DNA of 64,000 nucleotides from Macrostomum hystrix (Eukaryota; Animalia; Platyhelminthes): NCBI GenBank assembly GCA_950097015.1, contig CATNEN010000038.1, positions 4,774,001 to 4,838,000 of the forward strand, read 5' to 3'. Shown piece by piece: positions 53,292 to 64,000 of this stretch (position 1 is its first letter; each line of letters starts with the position of its first letter). The notes under the pieces were generated by a model. It saw only the letters and a program-made list of their open reading frames with translations, ran no database searches and was not told where the DNA came from. The position numbers and the translations under genes were made by a program.

Positions 53292-54638
53292 CTGCTCACA
53301 GTACACCCGTACCTGTTAGTCTAGGTCTTCACCTGCTCACAGTACACCCGTACCTGTTAGTCTAGGTCTTCACCTGCTCACAGTATACACATACCTGTTA
53401 GTCTAGGTCTTCACCTGCTCACAGTACACCCGTACCTGTTAGTCTAGGTCCTCACCTGTTCGAAGTACACCCATACCTGTTAGTCTAGGTCTTCACCTGC
53501 TCACAGTACACCCGTACCTGTTAGTCTAGGTCCTCACCTGCTCACAGTACACCCGTACCTGTTAGTCTAGGTCTTCACCTGCTCACAGTATACACATACC
53601 TGTTAGTCTAGGTCTTCACCTGCTCACAGTACACCCGTACCTGTTAGTCTAGGTCCTTACCTGTTCGAAGTACACCCATACCTGTTAGTCTAGGTCTTCA
53701 CCTGCTCACAGTATACACATACCTGTTAGTCTAGGTCTTCACCTGCTCACAGTATACACATACATGTTAGTCTAGGTCTTCACCTGCTCACAGTACACCC
53801 GTACCTGTTAGTCTTGGTCTTCACCTGCTCACAGTACACCCGTACCTGTTAGTCTAGGTCTTCACCTGCTCACAGTACACCCATACCTGTTAGTCTAGGT
53901 CCTCACCTGTTCACAGTATACACATACCTGTTAGTCTAGGTCCTCACCTGTTCACAGTACACCCATACCTGTTAGTCTAGGTCCTCACCTGTTCACAGTA
54001 TACACATACCTGTTAGTCTAGGTCTTCACCTGCTCACAGTACACCCGTACCTGTTAGTCTAGGTCTTCACCTGCTCACAGTACACCCATACCTGTTAGTC
54101 TAGGTCTTCACCTGTTCACAGTATACACATACATGTTAGTCTAGGTCTTCACCTGCTCACAGTACACCCGTACCTGTTAGTCTAGGTCTTCACCTGCTCA
54201 CAGTATACACATACATGTTAGTCTAGGTCTTCACCTGCTCACAGTACACCCGTACCTGTTAGTCTTGGTCTTCACCTGCTCACAGTACACCCGTACCTGT
54301 TAGTCTAGGTCTTCACCTGCTCACAGTACACCCATACCTGTTAGTCTAGGTCCTCACCTGTTCACAGTATACACATACCTGTTAGTCTAGGTCTTCACCT
54401 GCTCACAGTACACCCGTACCTGTTAGTCTAGGTCCTCACCTGTTCACAGTATACACATACCTGTTAGTCTAGGTCCTCACCTGTTCACAGTATACACATA
54501 CCTGTTAGTCTAGGTCTTCACCTGCTCACAGTACACCCATACCTGTTAGTCTAGGTCCTCACCTGTTCACAGTATACACATACCTGTTAGTCTAGGTCTT
54601 CACCTGTTCACAGTATACACATACCTGTTAGTCTAGGT
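53292..54638. repeat. 41-bp minisatellite (CTGCTCACAGTACACCCGTACCTGTTAGTCTAGGTCTTCAC)n, ~33 units
   Basis: Intergenic, between the convergent PP1 and DNAAF5 3' ends. Confidence 0.98.
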
Positions 54639-54932
54639 CGTATTATTAGACAGTTTAGCAACACAATTTAGGTTTAAGCACTTGCAGGGTTGTTTCGCAA
54701 GGACAGGAAATCATTAAAATGTACTTTTAAAGCTAACATTTAACGTTATTTAAACTTATAGTAAAAAGTGTTATCAGTTGTTCCAGTTTGTAGCAGAAAA
54801 AACCGCATCTAAAAATCAGCCTTCAAATTTTGATTGGCAGAAAAAAGTTTGCCCTAATTGTTATTTTTTACTCCAGCCAATTAGGATTTGAAGGCAGGTT
54901 TTATTTTACTTGTTTTGGCGGCACAAGTTCGG

Positions 54933-57900
54933 TCACGAGTCCTGACTGCTGGCGCCGCACTCAGACAGCAGGCGGCTCAGCAGGCCGTCGTCTCGATGCT
55001 TGTGTCGCACCCGGCCGACCTCTTCGGCCAGCAGGCGGGGGTGCAGAGGGCCGGCGACGGACAGGACGCCGTAGACGGCTGACTGAATGCGCGGCTCCTG
55101 ATCGTCCAGATGCACCAGCAGGCCGCGGTAGATGTCCTGCGGGACGGGGTTCGATTCTCGAAAACCTCAACCTGATGACTCAGTGACTCTGATCTGGGGC
55201 AAGATCAGAATCTCACCCTTTGGACTAGAAAAAATATCTCACAAACTGGACTAGATCAAAATCTCAGAATCAGAATCAGAAACGGAGCAATGAAAACCTC
55301 ACCCTGAACTAGGAGACATCGAAAAAAGTAATTAATCGGTGGCTGAGCTCACCTGGAGGTGCGCAGCGTACAGGTCCGGAGAAGCCTTGAAGCTGTCGCT
55401 GGTGGCAGCGAGCCAGGCCAGCCAGGCCTCGCAGGCGCTCAGGCGGACAATGTCACTGGCGTCGTCCAGCCTTTTCACCAGGCTCGGATAGAAGGCGTGC
55501 AGCTTGTCGCTGTCTATGGCCGAACCCGTCCGGGCCAGGACGCGGCCCAAGCAGCGGCAGGCGAGGTGGCGCGTCTCTTGGGAGTCGTCCTCCAGCAGGG
55601 AGCCCAGCACAGCCAGCAGCTCGTCAAGGACTGGCGCTAGAGGCGAGGTCGCTTGGTCGTCGTCATCTTCGGCGGTGTTGTCGCCGGATCCAGCGAGCAG
55701 GGTCCAGAGGCAGGCGACGGCGACTCGGCGAATGGCTTCGGCTGTTCGGCCGGCCCGCCAGCGACAGTTGGGAAGAATGAGGTCGGCCACAATTGACGGG
55801 GTGTGCTTAGACAGCTGGCCCTGCGGTGGTCGAGGCTTTAAGTTCAGTTTTTTGGGATCGTTTAATGGGGATTACAAATAGAAACGACCATTTTAGACAC
55901 AAGATGAAGGATTTAGGGATCTTGTATTGCTGGGTATGCGGATACAGGATTAGTGGACATACGGATTAAGGATTAGTGGACATCCGGATTAAGGATTATT
56001 GTACATATTGATTAAGGATTAGTTTGCATGTGGATTATGGATTATTGTATATTCGGACTAAGGATTAGTAGACATCGGGTTAAGGATTTGTGATTATGAA
56101 GATTTACGAGCTAGAATCGCATTCGGATTACTGAGATGGGGATCCGGAGTTAAAATACGAATGTGAATACTCCGATAGGCCGATTAGAAAGGATTACAGA
56201 GTAGCCGAGGGATCAGCAGGTATTAGTGGACACTTACACAGGAGTCCACAGTCTCCGCACTCCTGGCGCACAACCGGGCCAGCAGCAGGAACAGTTTCAG
56301 CCGCAGCTCGACGTCCTTGTCAACGTGAAGGCAGGTGCGAAACACGACCAGGAGTTCGGCCAGGTGGGCACCGACAACGGGACCTGCCTCCAGGCACAGC
56401 GTGTCCAAGATGGCCCGCTCGAAGGAGTGCTTCGTCCAATCGGCATGTGTCACCTGAAGCGTGACAGAAGCGAGGATCCGGTGGGTTTGGGTCTGAGGAT
56501 CCAGTGGGTTTGGGTCTGAGGATCCAGTGGGTTTGGGTCTGAGGATCCGGTGGGTTTGGGTCTGAGGATCCGGTGGGTTTGGGTCTGAGGATCCGGTGGG
56601 TTTGGGTCTGAGGATCCGGTGGGTTTGGGTCTGAGGATCCGGTGGGTTTGGATCTGAGGATCCGGTGGGTTTGGGTCTGAGGATCCGGTGGGTTTGGGTC
56701 TGAGGATCCGGTGGGTTTGGGTCTGAGGATCCGGTGGGTTTGGGTCTGAGGATCCAGTGGGTTTGGGTCTGAGGATCCGGTGGGTTTGGGTCTGAGGATC
56801 CGGTGGGTTGGCCTGAGGATCCGGTGGGTTGGCCTGAGGATCCGGTGGGTTGTGTGACAGTCACGCACCTTCAACCTGTCCAGGCATGTGCTGAAGTATT
56901 TCCGGTGCAGCGCAGCCAGGCAGGCGGGATACGGGAGGCCCAGCCGCTCAGACAGTCGCGACAGCTGGGCGCGGCACTCGGCCAGCAGCTGCTGCTGGGG
57001 CGGCAGGCCGTCGTCGGCCAAGTCGGCCGCACCGAGGTCATCCTTGACGCCTGGCAGAGTCATGACAGCCAAGATGGTGTAGTACACAGGCTCCGCCAGC
57101 TGCTCCATCTGTTGGTGGCGTGCAATCACAGCATTGAACAAATACTTCTGGGTATGTCCTATGTCCAGGCCATACTACTGAATTGGCTGTTGTGAGTAGT
57201 GATAATTGGAAATGGAAATATAAATCGCGAGGGTAAGTAATCTAGACAAGTAAAATCTAAGGACTGGCGGGTTGGGCAGGTGAGGTGAAGGGAGAGACAT
57301 GGCTCAGATCCAGGATTGCAAATGAGCTCTCACAGTCAGTGGGTCGCAAACGCCGATGAGGCTCTCAACGCAGTGCAGCAGCCGCCGCTTTGTCTCCAGG
57401 CCGTAGGCGCCGCAGGCAACATCGCTGGCTGCCAGGGCGGCGGCCACCTCGGGCAGCAGGGGCCGGGCCAGGCCGGGGTCAGCGCCAGCCAGCAGGCGGG
57501 ACAGAACCCGCAGGGCGCAGGCGAGCTGGCGGTTGCCGTCGGCTGACCGTTTAATGTGCGGCCCGACCAGGCGCCACCAGAGGCCGGGCTCGGCGAAGTG
57601 GCTGGCGTAGACAATCGCCGTGTCGACTCCGCGGCGAACTCCGGGCTCGTCGTCGGCCGCGGCCCGATAGGCGGCGGTCAGTAGAGTCTCCAGATGCTGG
57701 GTGGAGTAAGACTCGGCTGACAGCACGAGATGGGGCAGCAGCTGCGCGGACTTCAGGCGCGTGGCGGTCACCCAGTCTGACAGGTCTCGCGACAGCGGAG
57801 GAAGGATCTGGGCAGCGGGATGGGGAAGTGCGTGCCACAATGACAATCTGATCTCTAGGTCATTGCTGTGGTTAATGACCATCTGATCTGATCTCTAGGT

Positions 57901-60900
57901 CATTGCTGTGGTTAATGACCAGCTGATCTGATCTCTAGGTCATTGCTGTGGTGACTGACCATCTGATCTGATCTCTAGGTCATTGCTGTGATTAATGACC
58001 AGCTGATCTGATCTCTAGGTCATTGCTGTGGTTAATGACCAGCTGATCTGATCTCTAGGTCATTGCTGTGGTGACTGACCATCTGATCTGATCTCTAGGT
58101 CATTGCTGTGATTAATGACCAGCTGATCTGATCTCTAGGTCATTGCTGTGGTGACTGACCATCTGATCTGATCTCTAGGTCATTGCTGTGATTAATGACC
58201 AGCTGATCTGATCTCTAGGTCATTGCTGTGGTTAATGACCAGCTGATCTGATCTCTAGGTCATTGCTGTGGTTAATGACCAGCTGATCTGATCTCTAGAT
58301 CATTGCTGTGATTAATGACCAGCTGATCTGATCTCTAGGTCATTGCTGTGATTAATGACCATCTGATCTGATCACTAGGTCATTGCTGTGATTAATGACC
58401 ATCTGATCTGATCTCTAGGTCATTGCTGTGGTTAATGACCATCTGATCTGATCTCTAGGTCATTGCTGTGATTAATGACCATCTGATCTGATCTCTAGGT
58501 CATTGCTGTGGTTAATGACCATCTGATCTGATCACTAGGTCATTGCTGTGATTAATGACCATCTTCAGGATTTGATCTCTAGGTCATTGCTGTGGTTAAT
58601 GATTATCTGATCTGATCTCTAGGTCATTGCTGTGGTTAATGACCATCTGATCTGATCTGAGCTAGGTCATTGCTGTGGTGACTGACCAACTGATGTCTAG
58701 ATTATAGCACTGTTTAATTACCATATCAGATTTTTTTAAGTTTATAGTGTTTGTATTTGTTTAACCTTATTAAGCTTGTCATCTTCTCACAGTTGTAAAT
58801 CTGCTTGAAAACTGACCTTGGACAGGTTGCGATTAACCAGGGTGCGACAGCCCAGGTTTGGTCTCTTAGCTGGAGGCAGCGGATAGTGTGCTGGGCATGG
58901 AGTGGCAAAGTCCTGCTTGTCCTTCAGGTCCTCCTCATTCTCTGTCTCAAACTTGGCACCTGGATACGAAATGAAATATGATCAATTATTACACTGACAC
59001 AGTTTTATAAAGACACATAAAGAGAGCTATTTTTGTTTTTTAATTGCTATTTATAAAATTATAAAATTATTTTGTTGCTTTTTATGCATGCTTCTCATCG
59101 ACTTATAATATTTAGCTATAAGGTACTGCATATTTTAAGTTTCTCTTATATATACAACAACATAAACAGCTAACAATTTAGACAAGTTAAAAAGTATTAT
59201 AATATCGAACAAATAGCTAGTATCCATGCTAAAAAGCATAGCAAATAATTTAGCTAGTCTGCTAAAAAATAGTTGTATTACATTTTCTATAGTTAAATGG
59301 TTAACTAAAATTCACATTAGTAATTATTTTTTAAGTTGGTTTGTTTTTTATTTGCCCAGCCAAAATTTAAGTCAATGTAACTTGTTGTATAAAAGATAAT
59401 ACAAGCTAGATATGCCACTTTTGTTAAGGTAGCTATTTATTGATATTTTAGTAGCTAAATAAAACAGCCATTGGCCTAACTACCACTATTATTTAGGATA
59501 GCTAGGGTAATGATCAACCAAACAAGAATGTGTATTTTTTTACTTCAAACATAAGCTAGGCCCTACAGATTTTCTATTTAAGATATGATGATAAATCAAA
59601 AGCCAAGTTATAGAAAACAGTTACATCTTTCTAAAAAGTATCTGCTTTTGCTATTTTATCAAATAGAAAAAAGTTATTCCTGCTTTTTTATCTAAAACCG
59701 AACAATGATTTTCATGTATCTTCAAAAAACTGAGAATTTGATGTTTGGTTTTACAATTTGAGTGAGTGGTTTAATCTTATTTGAAGGAGTGAACTATCAT
59801 GAATTATGTAATTTGAAAGCATTTTTCATGCTCTATAAATAACTACATTTATGGTCATTTAATTGGCAAGCAACCACATACAATCTTCATCTAAAGTACA
59901 TACTGAAAAATGTTGGTAAAAAGTATGCTTTTGCAATAAAAATTTCTACTGAAACATCAATGTCTTTCTTTCCTTTTAATGCTTTATTGCACATCATGCC
60001 TCAGGTTATAGATAATTTCTTTAACTTTCAAATTATTTGTTCTGTGAAACACAATAGCTTGTTTCTGTTTGGCATGAGACCAAGGAAGAAGTCAAAATTC
60101 TTGTTCGGTTTTGAAGATACACTGTTTGGTTGAAGATACATTACCCTAGTTATGTATATAAACATATAATACTATATAAATATTATAAACACATACTATA
60201 ATATAGGCCACAAGTTAACCAGGCTGTGAGTTATACAAGTTTTTGTTAAAGTATCGAACAGTTAGTCAAATTTCTAGTTTCAAAAAATTAGGGTTAGGCT
60301 TAGCCTGTTTTATTTATAAACAGGAACATAAAATTTACTAAATCATACATTGTCACTTTTCATTTTTTCTCCAACTCACCAATGTCATTCCAGAAGGCTT
60401 CAGATTTTTCAACAATTGAAGGAATCTCATCAGATAGTCCAGTCAGAAGCAAAGGGATTAACTTGTGAAAAAATGAATATCGGTCTGGCAAATCTAGAAG
60501 CCAGGTGCCAACAATATTAATCACTTCCTCACGAACCAGGGGCGAATCATCAAATAGTCTCTGTGCCAGATGACTAAGAACTTCATCAACGAACTTCCCT
60601 GACCCAAATTGAATCACATCACCAATGGTCCTTATTACTTCCTTCCTCACTTTTGAATGTTGATGCGAAACATTGTGAAGCAATGGCTTGATAAATTTCT
60701 CTGTGAATGAGTAGAAGTAGCCCTCTGTCAGCTTGGCTAAGTTGCTTAGGGTTACGCAAGTCTGCTTCTTCACCTCGTGGAAGGCATCATCGAGGAGCTG
60801 AACTATGACCTGAGAAAATTCGGCTAGATATAGCTGCGAATTCTTCTGGAGCTTGTTGATTAACGTGTCAAGGAGTACAGCCATTTTAAGTCGAAGTTCC

Positions 60901-61262
60901 TCGGATGGCTCTGTAAGATCCTTTTGACCAACTCGACCTACGAGAACATTTACAACAGTAGTGCAAACTGGTTGAGGCAAATCATTAGCAACCTTCACGA
61001 AGTAAGTGACAATGTCAATAGCCTTTTCTCGAATTTGCTCTGTCTGATCCGAGAAGCTTGAAGCTAAGTACTTAGTAGAGTAGGAAAGAAATTGCTTTGT
61101 CTGCTCCTGCTCAACCTCTGAACTTAGGCTGCCGAAATGCTCGGTTGACTTTGTCCATATGGCTTCAAGAGACTTTTTGCGTTGGAATCTCGAAGCTTCT
61201 CCATCTGCTAGCAGCTCAAAGCTCCTAGATAAATCTCTTATTAAATCATCGACCGAGGCCAT
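54933..61262 (-). CDS. DNAAF5: Dynein axonemal assembly factor 5 (HEATR2), 7 exons, ~897 aa
   Basis: Exons 61262-60380, 58959-58817, 57807-57334, ~57174-56869 (acceptor ambiguous, alternative 57147), 56453-56238, 55820-55353, 55136-54933; HEAT repeats with [85 protein letters not shown]; AATAAA ~30 nt after the stop. Confidence 0.93.
55935..56100. repeat. Degenerate ~22-bp intronic repeat (GGATTAAGGATTAGTGGACAT..)
   Basis: Decayed periodicity in DNAAF5 intron 5. Confidence 0.7.
56472..56851. repeat. 23-bp intronic minisatellite (GAGGATCCGGTGGGTTTGGGTCT)n, ~16 units
   Basis: DNAAF5 intron 4. Confidence 0.97.
57846..58695. repeat. 40-bp intronic minisatellite (ATCTGATCTGATCTCTAGGTCATTGCTGTGGTTAATGACC)n, ~21 units
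   Basis: DNAAF5 intron 2; each unit holds a GGTCATT...AATGACC stem-loop. Confidence 0.98.
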
Positions 61263-62692
61263 GTCAATTTAGTTAGCAAACTAAAATAACTTCATTCAAT
61301 TTTTCAAGCAATAAATCAATTATCTGTAGGACCGTTACGAGTTTCAATTCGCAGCGTAAAAAGCACGCTTGCATTATAAGTCAAACATTCTTCGTTTCAA
61401 ATGACACATTTTATATGTACTCTAACAAACTGTAAAATCTGATGCAAGTTAAGAAAATGCCCCTGTCTTTTTTATTTCTTGCGTCAGTAAAAAAGAAATA
61501 TGCTAGCTAGATGCGAAGGCAAATACGCCCAATGTATTTGCGCTTTAAAACGTCTTGATTAGGTAAGTCACTTATATAAAATTAATAAAATTATCAAGGA
61601 CCACTAGAAGAAGAAAGACGGTACACTTCGTTTCAGGAAAAAATAAAATTCAAATAAATAACTAATTCATTAATTATTATCAATCGTTACTTGTTAATAT
61701 TACTTAATTAATATTCATTGTTAAGAAGCGAAGTTTCCCGTCCTTTTTCTAATGGTCCTTGAAACATATCCCTTTTTTATAGAACTCCCCTACGACCTAA
61801 GGCGTAAAGTCTAGGACTCTGCACCTAATGATCCTATCTGGACTTGATATTTACATGTCAGATACACATGCATATACCAAGGCTGATAAATGTTTCCACA
61901 GAAACTACTTAAACTACCTAGGAAGTAAAGTACGTAAAGGTAGTAAAGGTAGGTTAAGTAGGGCCTAGTCCCTGTGTTCCATATATTATCGTATCGTTCG
62001 TCGTGAGGCAGATGGGCCTCTTTTCTAGTCAATAGGAATATATTATTATGGGCATTTTTTAAAGTATATCATATGATGCACCGTTGAAGATCGAGCAAAA
62101 CACAATGAGAGAAGTCGGGACATTATAACCCCAACATTATAACCCCAGAAAATTTAATAATTTCCCGCTATGAAACAAAGGCATGGTTTAAAATATGAGG
62201 CTTTTGCGCATAAAAACTAAAATGGATCATTTTTATTACAATCAAAAACTGCAGTTTAAAATATTCAATCGACCCTGTTGAAATATAAAACAATAACATT
62301 TTTGTCCTATTTTGATATGTCAGTACGTGTCAAAGTTAACTACAATTAAACAGCTCTCATTAAGATTTGGCTTAGATTTGTGTGTTTTTCATCCTAATCT
62401 GCATTTTCGTATTGTCATGGAACAATTATCAAACACTATAGTTTCATTTAATTTCAACTCATGCTGAAAGTCATTCATTACATGTGGATTTAATTATCTT
62501 TTATTTAATGCTCTCACTTCGTATCAATTAGTTTATCTGAAATAAAAAAACTGTTTAGTTATGACGCCATTGGCACCATATTGTTGTCGCTTTTGTAAGT
62601 TCTGTTTATTTCCTTCCCCAGTAAATATATTTATAAAAAGCTGACACAAAAGCGAAAAAATCTTAAAACCTTCGAAGCACAAATTAAAGGCT

Positions 62693-62932
62693 AGAGTTTC
62701 ACGGAGTGGATAAAGACACAGGTGAGAGAGTTTCACGGAGTGGATAAAGACACAGGTGAGAGAGTTTCACGGAGTGGATTAAGACACAGGTGAGAGAGTT
62801 TCACGGAGTGGATAAAGACACAGGTGTGAGAGTTCCACGGACTGGTTAAAGATACAGGTGAGAGTTCCACGGACTGATTAAAGATACAGGTGAGAGTTCC
62901 ACGGACTGGTTAAAGATTCAGGTGAGAGTTCA
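62693..62932. repeat. 34-bp minisatellite (AGAGTTTCACGGAGTGGATAAAGACACAGGTGAG)n shortening toward its 3' end, ~7 units
   Basis: Direct periodicity. Confidence 0.93.
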
Positions 62933-63750
62933 CATAATTAATAGGCAAGTAGTTATGCAATGCGAGTTTTAACAAAAGTAAACAGTCTTGGTCCCTTGAA
63001 CAGGGATCACAGTATGCAAACTTGGAGCATTTTGTTATTGACTGCGACATTCTACGACCCAATGAGCTTTGGGTATGTTGACTAACTGACTTTCTGCTCT
63101 CTAGCTGCACTTAGCAGGGTGACAGGTAAATTTGTTAAGTAAATTGGCATCACTGGCTTACAGTTCAAGGTAGACAGTCAAAGTGCTGTTATATATAGCA
63201 TCACTTATCTGTCAGTCTGTGCATCCTTAACTAGCTTTTCTCTAATTGTGCCTTCGCTTTTGAAGTGGCTCTGCCGCATTGCGAATGACAAATGCTTTCT
63301 TAAGAATCCGTGCTCCCTCAAACCATTCCATATTTGGATTACTTTCCTTTGAGCTATAGCTCGGTTTTTAGAAGCAGACAAAAGCCAAACTTGCATACTA
63401 GCTTCAGATATTCTGAGTACTTTCTGTTCTAGAATGCTATAAATATTATATACCATACTACAAACAATAATTACACGGCTCAGAATCAGCAGATACCTAA
63501 TGCACAGCAAGCAGGATCTTAACTCTGGCTAATTAAATGTTTTCACATATGTGCTGGGAGGGTTGAAGCGCAAATGACAGACTGTGAAACCAAGACTCAG
63601 GGGCGTTACTTTTGTGAGATGCAACGGAAACTTGATAACTCTCCCTGCGCCAGTGCATTTCGGGAGGAAGATTGATAGACGCTGATGATGAAGCTGGAAA
63701 CACTTGAAAGGTCGCCTGACGGCGCTAGAAGTCAGAAACATCACGTGTAA

Positions 63751-64000
63751 GCTAGAAACTTCCCCATCTAGAAACTTCCCAAGCTAGAAACTTCCCTATC
63801 TAGAAACTTCCCAATCTAGAAACTTCCCCATCTAGAAACTTCCCAATCTAGAAACTTCCCAAGCTAGAAACTTCCCAAGCTAGAAACTTCGCAATCTAGA
63901 AACTTCCCAGTCTAGAAACTTCGCAATCTAGAAACTTCCCAATCTAGAAACTTCCCAATCTAGAAACTTCCCCATCTAGAAACTTCCCAGTCTAGAAACT
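63751..64000. repeat. 16-bp minisatellite (CTAGAAACTTCCCAAT)n, runs off the window end
   Basis: Direct periodicity. Confidence 0.96.

Noticed and set aside
52050-54638. CRISPR-like look of the 40-44-bp repeats (also 16691-17350 and 57846-58695)
   Set aside because: Units are contiguous with no unique spacers, there are no cas genes, and the context is eukaryotic
63000-63750. Possible coding remnant on the minus strand
   Set aside because: Only short ORFs in different frames with no identifiable homology; the window ends nearby

Overview
Eukaryotic (metazoan) genomic DNA with spliceosomal introns, not prokaryotic. The style (GC-rich exons, AT-rich intergenic DNA, minisatellite-filled introns) suggests a free-living flatworm such as Macrostomum, but this is inference only. 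Ten protein-coding genes were reconstructed by hand: an intronless ~299-aa helical protein with a central Gly-rich hydrophobic segment, an intronless TRAF, an intronless ankyrin-repeat protein, a 3-exon PIG3/TP53I3-type quinone oxidoreductase, a 55-aa ribosomal protein S29 missed by the ORF track, a 3-exon RING/coiled-coil TRIM-like protein, a 2-exon vWA-vWA-papain-Zn-ribbon protein (two separate ORFs in the track that splice in frame), a 7-exon P2X receptor head-to-head with a 5-exon PP1 catalytic subunit, and a 7-exon DNAAF5/HEATR2. Roughly a quarter of the window is tandem repeat (about 18 arrays, including a 7-kb 16-mer satellite). There are also two tRNA-derived SINE families and several MITEs with visible TIRs/TSDs. 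The most interesting observations are the chimeric vWA-vWA-protease gene, a ClyA/ApoL-like candidate next to a TRAF with swapped RING ligands, a minisatellite built of STAT-like palindromes between divergent TRAF and ankyrin genes, and a hAT MITE that appears to have seeded two different satellites. Long ORFs over the repeats are artefacts. No database searches were run; all homology calls are from motif recognition.
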